This document shows, one piece after another, positions 14,796 to 28,930 of a stretch of DNA of 64,000 bases. The stretch lies in NCBI RefSeq assembly GCF_009914755.1, contig NC_060937.1; one strand, given 5' to 3'. Position 1 is the first letter of the stretch. Each line of letters starts with the position of its first letter. This DNA is from the human T2T-CHM13v2.0 reference genome, Homo sapiens. Under the pieces are notes generated by a model. That model was not told the origin of the DNA. It did no database searches and saw only the letters and a program-made list of their open reading frames with translations. The translations under genes and the position numbers were made by a program.

Positions 14796-16304
14796 AAAAA
14801 AGGATAAAACTTTAAAACTATTCCAGTCATTATTATTATGCTCCACTATGTGGAGTTATTTCTTACTGTATCAGAAATGTTGCTTACTCAGTATTCATAT
14901 ATGTGAGTATTTTCATCAACTGGTTTGTTGGGTTAATGATTTGATCATTCCTTGAAGAGACAGTGATTTAACCTAATAGAGATCAAAGCTACTGATGTTG
15001 TCTGAATTTAGATTAGATAAGTATTGCACCTTTCTAGTGTATGTTTCACCATTTTGTTTATGGAGTGTGAAATATATAGCCTTGTGCTGTTTCTGCACCC
15101 TTCATCCATGCATAGCCAACAAAATACTGTATGCACCATTTCTGCTAACCTTGGCAAATTAGTAGAGGTATTTGTGTAATCAGGCAGTTGAGTGTTTGTG
15201 TAGTTTATCACTTTTTATGAAAAGGGAAATGTGTTAAGGAGGATTAAGCAGAAAAATAACTATCAGTGGCTTATATTTAGAATATTGCCATAGTAGAATA
15301 AGAAAAAATAAAAGTGATGCCAAGTGTTTCATTAAAAAATATTAAGTTTCATTAATAAGGTGATATGACAAAACCAAAACTATACAGTTCATTTTTTTCT
15401 TGTCAGTGAGAAAGTAGAGAAACATTTGTCTTCCTTTTCTTTTTTTGAGAACACTAGTCCACCTTTAATTCCATGTGACTAGCTCCCAGTATTTTTTTTT
15501 AGCTAAGATTGCAGTCCTTTGAGAACAATGTTGACAGCTTTGAGCTGACAAAGAATCATTATAATCAGTGCTGAAGATATGAAATCACAATGAGAGAATT
15601 CATGTTTATAGTAGCAGGGACCACACACTGTGATAGTTTGCATTAGGAACTCAGCAGGTGCAATATGCAAAACTGAATCACAGTAGAGGATTTGAGGAAC
15701 TTAGGATATAAAAAGGTCATTTTTGCTCGAGTACCTGTCTACTGTGTTAAAGTAAAAAAAAAAAAAGAAATTTCCATAAAATTTTGCAGAAGATAACATA
15801 TTGTGTATACATGAACTTAAAGGTTTCCATAGTGTTAGTGCAAATTATATTGTTTACCTTAATGTCAACAGCATTTGAGTGCTAGATACAGAAGTTGATT
15901 AAAAGCATTATAGATGTCATTTTATATAAGCAATAAAAAACCTCAAGAAATTACAAATGGCAGATCTTATAAATATTCAAATAAACAAAATCACCCAAAT
16001 GTTTTTCAATTGTTAAGGAGTGGGCTGAGCTGTAGAGATGAGGTGTGAAAAAGTATTATAACAGTGAAACCCTGTGTTTAAGTGCTGTCGATTCTCTGTA
16101 GCCACTAGGGTGCACCGAATGTAATGGCATCATTTTTATTCTACTCTTTATGCATGGAATGGGGAAGGTGGTTTTGCAAGGAAAGTTAGATTAGTTGGCC
16201 CTGAGAAAATTGTCAAGTAAATGAATTGTTATTCTTAGAACCGTCTCGTTCGTCTATGATCTGAACCTATTTGGCATGTTAGTAATATTTCTCTTCCATA
16301 TATG

Positions 16305-16830
16305 TCACTCATTCATTTTTCAACAATGCTTTACAAAACACCGATTCTGTCTAGGCACAAGAGGATCATGGAGGTATAGAACATGATCTTTCTTTTTGAG
16401 GCATTTGCAGACTAATGGAAGACATGAACACCTAAGCATAATTACAGGAATGTCATTAGAGACATGGGAGCCACAAAGAAGAAAGCGCCACACTCTGCCT
16501 GAGCTTGTAAGCATTCACAAAGGTGCAGGGCTATGAGTTGAGGTGTTTTCCTATGGGTATGCACTCACTGAGTAAATAAATGGGTTAGTTGAGGCAGAGA
16601 GAACATCACACAAAATGCATAAAGAAAGCAATAAGCAGCTTGCTGAGATCGACTTCCAAAGGGTTTGTGAGAAATGGCTAAACAGAAACAGGAAAGCGGG
16701 CAGAATCCTGCTGACTATATGCTGAGGAATTTGGGTTTTATCTTGTTTAATTAAGAGTCATAGAAGGATATTAACAAGGAAGGCAATATTAACAAGTTTG
16801 CCTTTTAAAGAATTTGGAAGATTTTTCTGG
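16305..16830 (-). mobile_element. L2 fragment
   Basis: 'cattcatttttcaacaa...ctaggcac' and 'gctgaggaatttgggttttatc'. Confidence 0.65.
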
Positions 16831-17426
16831 GGAAACTTAAAACTGCAGGTGAAAAAAAGGATCACTTAAAACCTAAACTCCTCATTTTCTCTCCCCACTA
16901 TTAACACTTGTAGTCTTGAAAATTCATTTAAAGATATTCATTTTAAATGTCAATTGCCTAACAACAACTTACAAGTATTTGTATGCTTTCAATAATATAT
17001 TCTGTGCAATAATGATCCAAATCACAATGAAACTAAGTGAAATTTCTTGTACTAGGTTTTTGGGAAGCTTGATAACTTTCAGGCTATCACTGAAAAGCAC
17101 CAGAAGCAGGGAGCACAGATTGTTAAGATACTTCGCTTTCCAGTCTTAGTGGAAAGATGCAGAGGCAGAGGGGTATGATGGCCTTGAATTTGTCCTGGAC
17201 CATTCTAACCCTTAAAACCACTGTCCCTAAAATGCTACAGGCAATTCTTTACTCTTAAGCACTAAGGGATCTTTTTTCCCTCTTCCCGCTTGCTCTTGTT
17301 GCTTCTCATCAGTCTTTTAATTAAATTCCAACCTGTTGTTTTTCAAGCTACTCCTTTCTTATAGTTTTGAACTGGACACAGTTCCTCAATTGTCGATAGA
17401 CATTCACTTTGGGTTTTAAAGTATAA

Positions 17427-17560
17427 GCCAGGCAGAATGGTAAATGTCCGTAGTTCCAGCTACTCGCGAGGCTGAGATGAGAGGATTATTTGAGCTCATG
17501 AGTTTGATTCCAGACTCGGCAAATAGTGATACACCTGAGATGTTGTCTCTAAAAAAAAAA
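17427..17560 (+). mobile_element. FLAM (free left Alu monomer)
   Basis: Single diverged monomer with poly-A: 'tagttccagctactcgcgaggctgag...gaggattatttgagc'. Confidence 0.8.
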
Positions 17561-17612
17561 CTGTTTAACTTAAAAAAATGTACACATTAATTTTAGTTAT
17601 TTGTTTTTATTT

Positions 17613-17620
17613 TTTATTAC

Positions 17621-17655
<35 letters not shown>

Positions 17656-17934
17656 GAGACGGAATCTCGCTCTGTCGCCCAGGCTGGAGTGCAGTGGCAT
17701 ATCTGGGCTCACTGCAACCTCCGCCTCCCAGGTTCACGCCATTCTCCCGCCTCAGCCTCTCGAGTAGCTGGGACTATAGGTGCCTAACACCATGCCCGGC
17801 TAATTTTTGTATTTTTAGTAGAGACGGGGTTTCACGGTGTTATCAAGGATGGTCTCAATCTCCTGACCTCGTGATCCACCCACCTTGGCCTTCCAAAGTG
17901 CTGGGATTACAGGCGTGAGCCACCGCGCACGGCC
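17613..17934 (-). mobile_element. AluY-like element with (TAAA)n tail
   Basis: 'ggttcacgccattctcc' diagnostic. 15-bp TSD tatttgtttttattt (17598-17612, 17935-17949). Confidence 0.92.
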
Positions 17935-18584
17935 TATTTGTTTTTATTTCTATTAATGGAAGTGAATTCAGTTTTATTAAATGAAAAACTAATATCTTAC
18001 ATATTCAAAATTAGTTTGAAATTCTTATAAGATAACAAGCATTTTCTCATATTCAAACAGATTTTTAAAAATACAGATGTTCTATGGTTTTATTAAAATA
18101 TTCTATGTTCAGTAGATCTGAACTAGAAAGATGGTTCTGAATGTGAACCAATACTGCTGTTTGCTTCTATCAATATATGTGAATTTAACACATATTTTTT
18201 TCGTTTCTTTATTTCACATCCATGTGACACTTACTCATAAGTTAAACCTCATGACAGACACTGCCTGTGGAGAGTTTACTCTCAAGTGAAAGAAGATACA
18301 GATGCACACAAATAACTACAATGAAATATTATAGGTGAATATTAGGACATTGAGCACAAACGTGGTTCTTTTCTTCTATTAAATTTCAGTAGGGAATATG
18401 GCCTTAAAAATGCTAGAAAATAAATTATTGCTTTCCCATAATGCCTAAAAGGAGAAATGCAAAGTGTTAGGAAAATATTTTTAAAAATAAAATAAATAAC
18501 ATATTTATAACACCTTAAAATTCACAAAATATTTTTGATATTTCTCTCTTTTTTTGTTCAATTGTTGATACTGCTGTCACACAC

Positions 18585-18810
18585 TATAAGCACCTAGCAG
18601 CTACTGGCTTAGGTATTTATGCATATTGTCCCATCTCATTCCTACTTCAGACTGATTGCTAAGGTAGCAATTACTATCTTCATGTTACTGATGATGAAAT
18701 AGAAGATGTGGTAAATTAAATAACTTGTCAAAAGTCATGTAACTATTGATGTCAAAACAGAAATCCAAACCCAGACTTATCTGACTTGAAAGCTCATGAG
18801 CTTTCCAATG
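18585..18810 (-). mobile_element. MIR
   Basis: Core 'gatgatgaaatagaag...taaataacttgtcaaaagtca...aaacccag'. Confidence 0.7.
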
Positions 18811-19319
18811 TGAACAAAACAAAGATTATTCTATTTATAAATGAGAAAAAAAGAGTAATTAATCTGCCCACTGTAAATTAGAGGGTATATATTTGAATCT
18901 AGGGTTTCTGACTAAGCATTTAAAATACTTTTCATTTAAACTTGTTGACTCTGGTGACTCTTTTGTGTTGTATGTTAGCATTTTAAATAAACTAAGAGAT
19001 GAATAAACATTCATACTATACTTTCTTACTAAAGTTTACCGAATGCAATTGTGAAATTTTCTAGAATACAATGTTTGTATCACATTAAATAATTTGAAAA
19101 TTTTCACTCTAACTCTGTAGGATATATGAGCAAAACTAAGAACAACTCCCCTTAATTGCTGATTAAATTAGATTAATAATCTAATTTTTATTCATAGTAT
19201 TTTGCAACTGATCCCATGGTATCCTGAAACCATGTACCAGTTAGTAACTGACACATTTTCAACACTAAGTTATTGGGTTCCATAAAGAACAAGTGAAGTT
19301 TTAACTTAGTTTGAAAAAT

Positions 19320-20062
19320 TGTGGAAATTAAGAGTCAGAGCCCAGTAAAGTGAGGTGGGTATCTATGTGGGGGGGTGGGGGTGGCTGGTGAGAAACATCA
19401 GAGCCCAAGAAGTAGTGAAAGTGATGTCCATAGGAAGGCAGGATCTGGGGTAACGTGGTGTGGAGTCATGGAACCCAATGGTGTGAACAGAATATCCTCA
19501 TAGCCAGGTAGCCCGAGGGGGAATCCAAAAACAGTCATGAGAATATCCATTGGAGAGACATAGAGACATCTAAATAAAAGCAATGACTGTAACCCTCGAA
19601 TTAAAGAGGAAACCAGGAGCCCATACTTTAATATATAAATTAATTAACAGTCTGCTGACAGTCTGGTGACAAATGTGATAACTACATAGTTCAAAGTGCT
19701 CCCTCCAAAACTTTAAAGAATTACCAAAGGAAAAATAGTCACTTCACAGTTGGAGAATCCTGGCAGATAACTTACTTAAGTGGTCAGAGTGAATATCATC
19801 AGCAATGGACAGAATCAAAATCATTCTCCATCTGACAAAATACAATGAGAAGACTTGTAGTATTCTTTCTGTGGTAATCTGCCAAATGCTCATAACCTAA
19901 ATCTAACAGTATGGACACTGAAACCCATATTGAAGGACATTCTAATCTGTCTACAATCTTCAAAAGTGTTAAGGTCATGAAAGTCAATGGAAGACTGAAA
20001 AAACTGCCAAATGAAGTAGACTAAAGAGACATGGCAACTAAACCAGACATATGATTTGGAAT
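19320..20062 (+). mobile_element. L1MC4-like 3'UTR
   Basis: Repeated 'tcagagccc' motif, 'ggagaatcctggcaga', 'tcttcaaaagtgttaaggtcatgaaagtcaa'. Confidence 0.78.
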
Positions 20063-20503
20063 TGTATTCGTTTTCTTTTGCTGTCCTGATAAGTGACCAC
20101 AAACCTAGTGGCTTAAAATAACTCAACTGTATTATTTTCTATAAGTCGGGATTTCAATGCTAATCTCACTCCAGCTAAAGCCAAAGTTTTGGCATGGTTG
20201 CATTTCTTTCTGAAGACTCGGGGTGAGAGTGGGGGATCCATTTCCTCCCTCATTCTGGTTGTTGGCACAATTCAATTCCTTGCACACAGCCCCATACATA
20301 TTAGAAGCAGCAACTGGATGTGGTCCAAGTCCAATCCTTCTCATGCTGCCATCTCTCTGCACACAGCTGGGATCAGTTCTCTGCTTTTAAGGAATCGTGT
20401 GATTAGATTTGGTCTACCTGGGTATCAGGTTAATTTTCTCACCTCAAAGTCTCTAAACCTAATTACATTTTGCCATGTAAGCAATCATATTCACAGGTTC
20501 TAG
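20063..20503 (-). mobile_element. MLT1D/E-type MaLR LTR
   Basis: 'tgtatt...ccacaaacctagtggcttaaaa' and 'catattcacaggttc'. Confidence 0.8.
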
Positions 20504-20735
20504 CTAATATAAATAGTTTTGTTTTCGGAATGGAGGGAAAGTACTTATAAAATTACTGATATTGAGTGATTTCAGTCAAATGTACAGTCTCTTGAGGGAA
20601 ACACCAAGGTAACCCAATCTTTGAAAGGAACATGAGAACATCAGATATTAGTTTTGTTTTATGTCTACAGTTTTGTAGCATGGACATAGGCAGTGTGAGC
20701 TAGCTAAGCTGTTTATTAACATTAGTTCCTTACTC

Positions 20736-21110
<375 letters not shown>

Positions 21111-22674
21111 TAAGGTAAGGTAGACATAACTATAATTGCAAATTCTTCTACATTTAGATTTCAATTAAGTATCTATACCTTAGTAAGCACAATTTACATG
21201 GAAAACTTGGTGAAAAAATTATACAAGAAAATATATTAAATCCGTTAAGAAGTTTTGGTGGGTTTCTTTTCTTTAATGTTGTGTATATATTAGATAATGA
21301 TAATTCTGAGGGTAGTTTTTGCTTTCGATTTACTGTTTGAGCTATTTCTATTGGAAAATCGTTTATAGGCAAAAACAGTTTCACTAATCCAAATTTGCAC
21401 TGTTTATGACTTCTGAAATAGAAACCTGAATATCACATTGAATCAGTTTTGCTAATACAGTGCCCTGTAAACAATGCATGACTTATTTAAGAGATCAAAC
21501 CAATAGTGAATAAAGTAGAATATCATCCATTCATAGGCACATCAGTTGGTAGCTTTGTCTGTGTTTGCAGGTGTATGTGTCTCTTGGTGTGTACAGTTGT
21601 ACATCAAAAGCCTTAGAAAGACAACTGTATGCTGATAAATACTGTAAATGTCTAATTTCTGGACCTGGAGAAGCTTCCTCTTAACTTCCTCTAATCATTA
21701 ACAAAAAGATATTGAATAAAACATCTAATGTTACAAAAGTATTTTGCTATTTATCAGGAAAATAGATGATTAAAGCCATTTGTTTTCCATATTCTAATTT
21801 GAACCTAAATTTCTGCTTATGTATAATATATAAATCATTCCTTAAAAATTTTTTTGTCTATTTTAGCTTTTAAATATTTTACAACAGATTTTATTCTGAA
21901 AAGAAAAATTTTAAAAGGCACATAATTGAAGTTTTCAGAATTTCAATTCAATCCTTTTCTCACTAAATCATGACATTATTAGGTAGACATAAAACCTACA
22001 ACCAATCTTTTGCATAGGTAGTAATTAAGCTAACTTATATATGTATTTTTTCCAAATATTCGATGTTTCTTTGGTAATATTTTTCTAGCATAGTTCTATT
22101 GAAATTTTGACTATAGCGTATTTTCATTTTTTAATTAATTTTGCTCTTGTTTGCTTTCTCTGATGAGAATCGTGAATAATGAAAAATCATATATTTTTAA
22201 GAGAAAAGAGTGAAAAATATAGTTGTATTTTGCTCATATTTCATGATCTTATCATTAGTTGGTGGCACTAAGGTAATTATATTAAGAACAAAACCTCCTA
22301 GGCTGGCTTTCTGTTTCCAGGTAATTCATTCATATGTATTTATTTGCGTTGTATTTAATGACTCTCTAATTTTATATTATTTGAATGATCCTTATAATTA
22401 AGGCATTCTCTACTAACAAACAGCAGTGTTGCTTTAATTTACTCTATTGGGACGCACGAGCCTTAAAGACTACTACCTTAGTTCATTGACGGATCAAGCA
22501 AATAATAAATTTGGCAAATATCTGTAAGATACAAAAGTTTAATACCAAGAAAATAATTTTAGACTGCCCTTTTTTTCCCATTTTCCCCCAGATATTTCAT
22601 GATTCTGAAGAAGAATTGGAGGTGAGACTTGAGAAAATGGAGAAAAAGGTAAGAATATAAAGTGGCTAAAGTAA

Positions 22675-22733
22675 TACACATGCACATACACACACACACA
22701 TATATACACACAGAAACACACACACACACACAC
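22675..22733. repeat. Imperfect (CA)n microsatellite
   Basis: Visible. Confidence 0.9.
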
Positions 22734-23844
22734 CTCAAAATAAAATCTGAGAGTGGTAAAAGGGTGATGGAAAAGAAAATATGACTCAATATGGGAAGAA
22801 AAAATGAGCCGAATGTACGAAAGAAATGGGAAGTATCAGAAGAGATTATGAGAAACATTTCTGAAGATTATGAATTTAATCCCTTTAATTTTTTTTAAAT
22901 GTTGCAGATATGCTTTGGATTTTCTTGAAGACTAGAAGCTTTCTTAACCATCCACCACCTTGTTGACTGGTTATTATTCTCTCTACCTTCTGTGAAACAA
23001 ACTGATGGATACTAATGGCACAATTACACTTATAGCTAGTCAGTTGCATAGTTTATGCACATAGTTCTGCTTCCAGTGTTTAGTAATGAGTTAAACATTT
23101 TGGCTATATTTGTCTCTGAAGCTATAATTTCATTAATCATTATGTATAGCAATAATAACAAGTAAAACAAAAAGAAGAATTTTTTGTTTTTATGGTAATT
23201 ATGTTGGGTGCTTTGGATCCTCCCAATAAAGTTGACTTCCCTAAAATAATTACACTTGAATTAGGTATAGAGAAGCTAATTGTAACAAATTGAAAGTTAC
23301 TGTAAATCTTCTAATCGTAGTTCTCTGCAAGTGTACTTAAGTTATTGCTCCACTTGAAATAAATGAAAACTGGAAATCTGAGGTGATGAATTATGGGTCC
23401 CTTTTATGTAAGAAAGATGACAAGGAAATCTAATCTGCTGAGTTATACTAAAATAAAATACCTTGGCCTGGGATCAAATATAGGTGAAAGAATTAACATT
23501 TATGTTTTTTAATTAAGATAAAATGTACAAGTTTTATGTACATATTTTATGATTTCCTGATATAACAAAAAGTGTTGATAAAAGCACCCAATACTGATTC
23601 TAATGACATTTGATTAGCATTAAAGAGTTGCTATTATTATTGTTGTTGTTGTCGTCATTGTTATTTGGTGACTGGGTGAATATTAGACACCCAGTTGCCG
23701 AATGGGTGGTTGACATCCACCACCACTGGCAATGACCGAGCCAAGTAGATACCAACATTCAGGTGGGTGTGTATATTTTTACCTTTTTTGAATGAACCCC
23801 TCCACTATTCTTGGCAGCAAAAAACATCAGAGAGATTAATCTAT

Positions 23845-24008
23845 ACTAATCATTGTGTAACCCATAGATTAGCAACATCAGCATCACCTGGAAGTTTATT
23901 AGAAATTCATCATGTCAGGTTTAAGCCAAAACTTACTGATCAGAATCTGCATTTTAAAAGACCCCAGGTGATTTGTTTTCAATTAAAGTTTGAAAAGCAC
24001 TAGTCTAG
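23845..24008. mobile_element. MER5A-type hAT MITE
   Basis: 'catcagcatcacctggaagtttattagaaat...cagaatctgcattttaa...aagtttgaaaagcact'. Confidence 0.85.
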
Positions 24009-25123
24009 AGTTTTCCTAGTGAACTCATTAATAAATAACAGTTAGCATTCCAGGTATCGAGTGACACTTTTGAAAAGATTTGAAGGCATGATTGGGATAA
24101 TGAATCTATGAGAACATAATTAATGCACATTGTATAAATTGTATGAAACGATGGTGGAGGTGCTTCTAAGGATAAACATTAATTCCAAAGTAGAAGATGA
24201 TTTACTGAGCTTTTCTTTGGATTTAATATATATCATACCTTGAAGATCCTAATTGAAAGGAAGTATTGGTAAGTATATTAAATTACTGGTAATTTTCCTG
24301 CTTTGGAGAATTGAATATACAACATGGTTGCAAACTAATATGCATATTTATTTGTTAAGATGATACAAGAACAATTACAATATTTATTTGTGAGAACAGA
24401 AACATTAATATTTAAAGCCATTGTTTGCCTCTGTCTCCTGCTGGTAACTGTTTTCCTTAAAAGCACTACAAAAGGCATTTTGAACAGATGGTGGCTGGTA
24501 TTCTGTATCCTGCATCCCCTTACAACTGCCACGGAGCCTCACCATTCATTAATCTTCCATAGACTTCCAGTAGCACAGCAACTAAATTACACACATACAC
24601 ACACTGAGGCCAGCATTTCTGTCAGGCTGAAAATTAAACTGAAGAGCACTGTGCCAAGTCTTTTAACCAAACTTCACTATAAAACAGTTAGAAAAACAAA
24701 CATTGAAGGCTGACCCATGAATATCCAATCTTAAATAAAAAATGTTGGCTCGTCATTATGTCTTAGACGTTCTCTACAGAGTGTATCAGAAATCTTCAAG
24801 TGAAATGAGACTCTCTAAACATCTGGTTTGAATTCACCTTGACTCATAACTGTTTTAAAAGAGAGCTGTTTCCTTGATCTTTGAAATAGGAAAAGAACAA
24901 AAATATTACAAACAACAGTGCTTTTACTAAAATTGTTATCACCTGCTGTTTAGAAGCAAGTAGAATACTAATACACATTCTCTATTGGAACATATCTTCC
25001 AAACTACATATTTTCTAAAAAGTAAAATGAGTTTATCTAATATTCAAATCTTTATTTTTTAAATATATACACTGCACTTTCCTTATAAGGTTAAATAATG
25101 TACACTTTCCAGACTCCCTATTC

Positions 25124-25865
25124 TTTAAACTTTTTATTTTGATATTATTTCAAAATTAGGGAAAAGTTATACAAATTGTACAAAGAGCTTCTGCCCTCTT
25201 TAGCCAGCTGCACCTAATTGCTTAGATTTTACCACAATTGCTTTGTTACTATCATTACTAGTACTAGTTCTCTATGTATTTTAATATTATTTAAATAAAT
25301 TGGAAACATGGTGTCTTCCAGCCAGAAAGTCTTTTGTATATTTCCTATGACCAAGAACATTCCCTTAGATGACCAGAGTACAATTTTCAAAATTGGGAAA
25401 TATAACATTAATACCATACTATAATCTGCACTCTGTTTTCAAATCTAATTCATCAGTTGTCCAAATAATGTCCTTTAGAGCTATTCTTTTCTCCTGATTT
25501 AGCCACTGATCTAGTATCTCACATTGCATTTAGCTGTCTGGTCTCTGGTTTCATTCAGTCTGGAACGGTTCCTCAGTTGTACTTCTACTTTCATGACCCT
25601 GACACTTTCAAAGACTGCAGGCAGTTATTTAGTAGAATCTCTCTCAATTTGAATTGTGTAATATTTCCTTATAACTGGATTCAGGTTATGAATATGGGGT
25701 CAGGAATATCACATAAATGACAAAGTGTCTTTTTCAGTGTATCACATCCAGAGGCACATGACATTGATTTATCCTTTTGTTGGTGATGATAACTTCGATC
25801 ACTTGGTTAAGATGGTGTCCACCAGTTTTTTTCACTGTAAAGTTATTATTTTTCCCTGTGATTAA
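25124..25865 (-). mobile_element. L1MC (MC4a/MC5-like) 3'UTR
   Basis: 'cacattgcatttagctgtc', 'gatcacttggttaagatggtgtc...cactgtaaagtta'. Confidence 0.8.
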
Positions 25866-27149
25866 ACATAGGCACCATTTGAAACACATTTAAAATAGTG
25901 GAAAAATTGCTAACATATTTATAAAACACTAGCTCTCTATATTTATAATGCCTGGGGTCTAGGAGTTTTATTTTCACAAAAAGTATGCTTAATCCCATTA
26001 GAATATAAAAAAAATTGCTATATATGTCAACATATTTTAGATTGTGGGCTTTTTTAAAAAAGTCAAGTGGCTTACGCTAAAAAAATGCTTGAAATTAAAT
26101 AAAGCTTTCTCTCATATCTTCTAATATATTTTGACCACTCCTACAAAAAAAAAGAGTACTTTTGAAATAAGGTAAGAAGATCAAGGGAAATCTTTAAACA
26201 AACATATTTGTATTATTGTCCTATTCTTAGAAGAATAAAGTTTAAAATTTTATTACAGAAACTGTATTGACTAAGTTAATTATTAGCTTCAGTTGCAAAT
26301 TTGAACTTGTAATTTAGAGCCAAAGGTATTTTTTTAATTTAGTGGAGAATTAACATAAAGGATAATCTTTCTGTTCTTCGTAATGATGGAGAATTCTGCA
26401 ATGGGACTTCAAAAGCTCAAGCTATATTATATACAGAAATTCTTCCATCTTTTTACATACTTTGTTCAAATTAACTACAGATCTGTTAGAAAATCATATT
26501 AAATAGTTGTCTCACTGGGTTTATGACTTTAAAAATTCAAAACACTATATTCATATGAATATAAGTATAATTACTCTATGACAGTATTTAATGGTTCTTC
26601 ATAGAAAAGAGTGGGAAAATTAATACTTTTCAAGGTCTACTTTGTATCAGGCTTTGTGTTAAAGGCATTTTATGATGGTACGAATATTTTTTATTCATAC
26701 CATCATTACCAAATAAAGATGGTAAATACCATCTTTATTTACCATTAGTAAATAAAGAATCCATTTGAAGCTAAAGCAATGGTAGTATTAGCTTGCACCT
26801 AACCTATATTTATAATTTGATTTTACTCTGTAGGGCTATGTTTTAGAGAACTACTGAGGTAAGCTCAAAAGAGAACTACTAAAATGAGGAACTGGAGAGG
26901 TTGTTTTTGAGAAAAAAATAATCTTGAATTAGAGTGAAAATGGTTGTTAGTACAGTACAATACCAGTCCAGATATTGGATGGATTGATGGCTACGTCTTA
27001 GGTAAGAATGCTCAGAAAAGGATAGGTGAAAACTGAAAGACCCATTACACACCAAAAACCTTTGAGACATTGAGAATATAAATACCTGAACAGAACTTAA
27101 ATTAGCAAAATGTGGAAATGAAAGCCTTTGCATACTTTTGAGCATACTT

Positions 27150-27421
27150 GTCTCACTCTGTCACCCAAGCTGGAGTGCAGTGACTCAATCTCAGCTCACT
27201 GAAGCCTCCATCTCCCAGATTAAAGCAATCCTTGTGCCTCAGCATCCCAAGAATCTGGGATTACAGGCGCGTTCCACAACCCCTGGCTTTTTTTTTTTTT
27301 CAGTAGAGATGGCGTTTTGCCATGTTGGCCAGGCTGGTCTCTAACTCCTGGTCTCAAGTGATCCACCTACCTTGGCCTCCCAAAATGCTGAGGTTACCAG
27401 TGTAAGCCACTTTGTCCAGCC
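27150..27421 (-). mobile_element. AluJb-like element, tail absent
   Basis: Diverged dimer with 'ctcctggtctcaagtgatcc'. No poly-T on the left. Confidence 0.88.
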
Positions 27422-27496
27422 TAATTTCTCTGTCTTCAGCCAATGAACACATGTTCAGCAGCTATACAACACGATATTTCAGAGAACTACTCAGAG

Positions 27497-27977
27497 ACTT
27501 AGTTTCCTATTGCTGCTGTAACAAATTACCACAAACTTAGTGACTCAAACCAATGAAAATGTATTGTCTTATAGCTCTTGAGGCCCTAAGTATGAAAAGG
27601 GACTTATGGGGCTAAAATCAGTGGTTGGTAGGGTTGTGCTCCTTTATGGACACGCTACAGAATAATTTGTTCTGCTGTCTTTTCCAGCTTCTAGAAGACC
27701 CCTGCATTCCTTGGCTAGTGGTGTCCTTCCATCTTCAAATTTAGCAATAACCATTTTCACACTCCATCACTCTGACATGTTTCTGCTCTCTTTTCCACTT
27801 TTCGGGACAATGTTTACATTGGAGCCCCTCAGATAATCTAAAATAATCTTCCTACACTAAGGCTTGGTGACCAACGACCTTCATTCCATCTGCTATCTTA
27901 ATTTCCTTTACCTCGAAACCTGACCTATTAACGGGTTCTGGGGATTAGTCCATTGGGACATCGCTCTGACTACCACA
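27497..27977 (-). mobile_element. MLT1C/D MaLR LTR
   Basis: 'ttagtttcctattgctgctgtaacaaattaccacaaacttag' through 'ctgactaccaca'. Confidence 0.88.
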
Positions 27978-28569
27978 CATATGTTGCTTAGTTGGCATAG
28001 AGAGAGTTTTGATTTGCTAAGAGTTGTAGACAGAAAGTTTCGTTCTGCCATTTAAAATACCAAATTATCTCTACTCTTATTAACTTTTAATTATTTCCTT
28101 AACTTATACTATAAAATATTATATTGTCTGTAGCGTTCCTTTCAGATATTCCAACAGAATATTTTCTTTGGGATGGCAAAGGCTACTTATTTACGGCAGC
28201 AGAAAATATCAGTTTAATCTTCTTAATCTTAATAATAATACATCAATGAATTCAAATTAAGATGCAGATTAATCGGTGAAGTGCAAAACATATCAATTTT
28301 TTAAAAACTGGCAAGTTCTAAAATATTTATAATACAGACATCAGTTTCAATATCTTATCCCTTAATGCCTACACAAAATTAAATAAAATATTTACTCCAA
28401 ATATTGTGGTCATTCCACAGCTATTCTGATATTCATTCAAATTCTTAGAAGTTGGGAGATGGAGGACGAGAGGTTACCTATGATGTTTTGGTCACTGTGG
28501 CTCTTGCCTCAACCTTCTGAGGGATTGAAATTTGGAAATTATTTCCTCATTCTGCTATTTTTTATTATT

Positions 28570-28930
28570 TGTGTATATGCTCATGTGCACACATAAACGA
28601 AAGTATACACATACACATATGTGTATATATGTATGTATATGTACACAAGATTCAATAAATATACATATATGTATGTAGATATATACACATGTGTGTGTAT
28701 ATGTATGTAGATACATACACACACATACATGCTTTACTGAAACTTGGAAATTGGAAAGGGAAGAATAATGTATACACAGTCTCTCGATGTATACGTATAT
28801 ACACATATATGTATGTGTGTATATGTATGTACATGTGTATGTATACATACACATATATACACACATATGTAGGTATGTATGTATATACGTGTGTGTGTAT
28901 ATACACACACACACAAACACACACATACAC
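28570..28930. repeat. Compound (TA/CA/TG)n microsatellite region
   Basis: Alternating purine-pyrimidine tracts; the source of several spurious ORFs. Confidence 0.9.

Noticed and set aside
19367-19390. G-run with quadruplex potential
   Set aside because: Part of the L1MC 3'UTR G-rich motif; nothing locus-specific.
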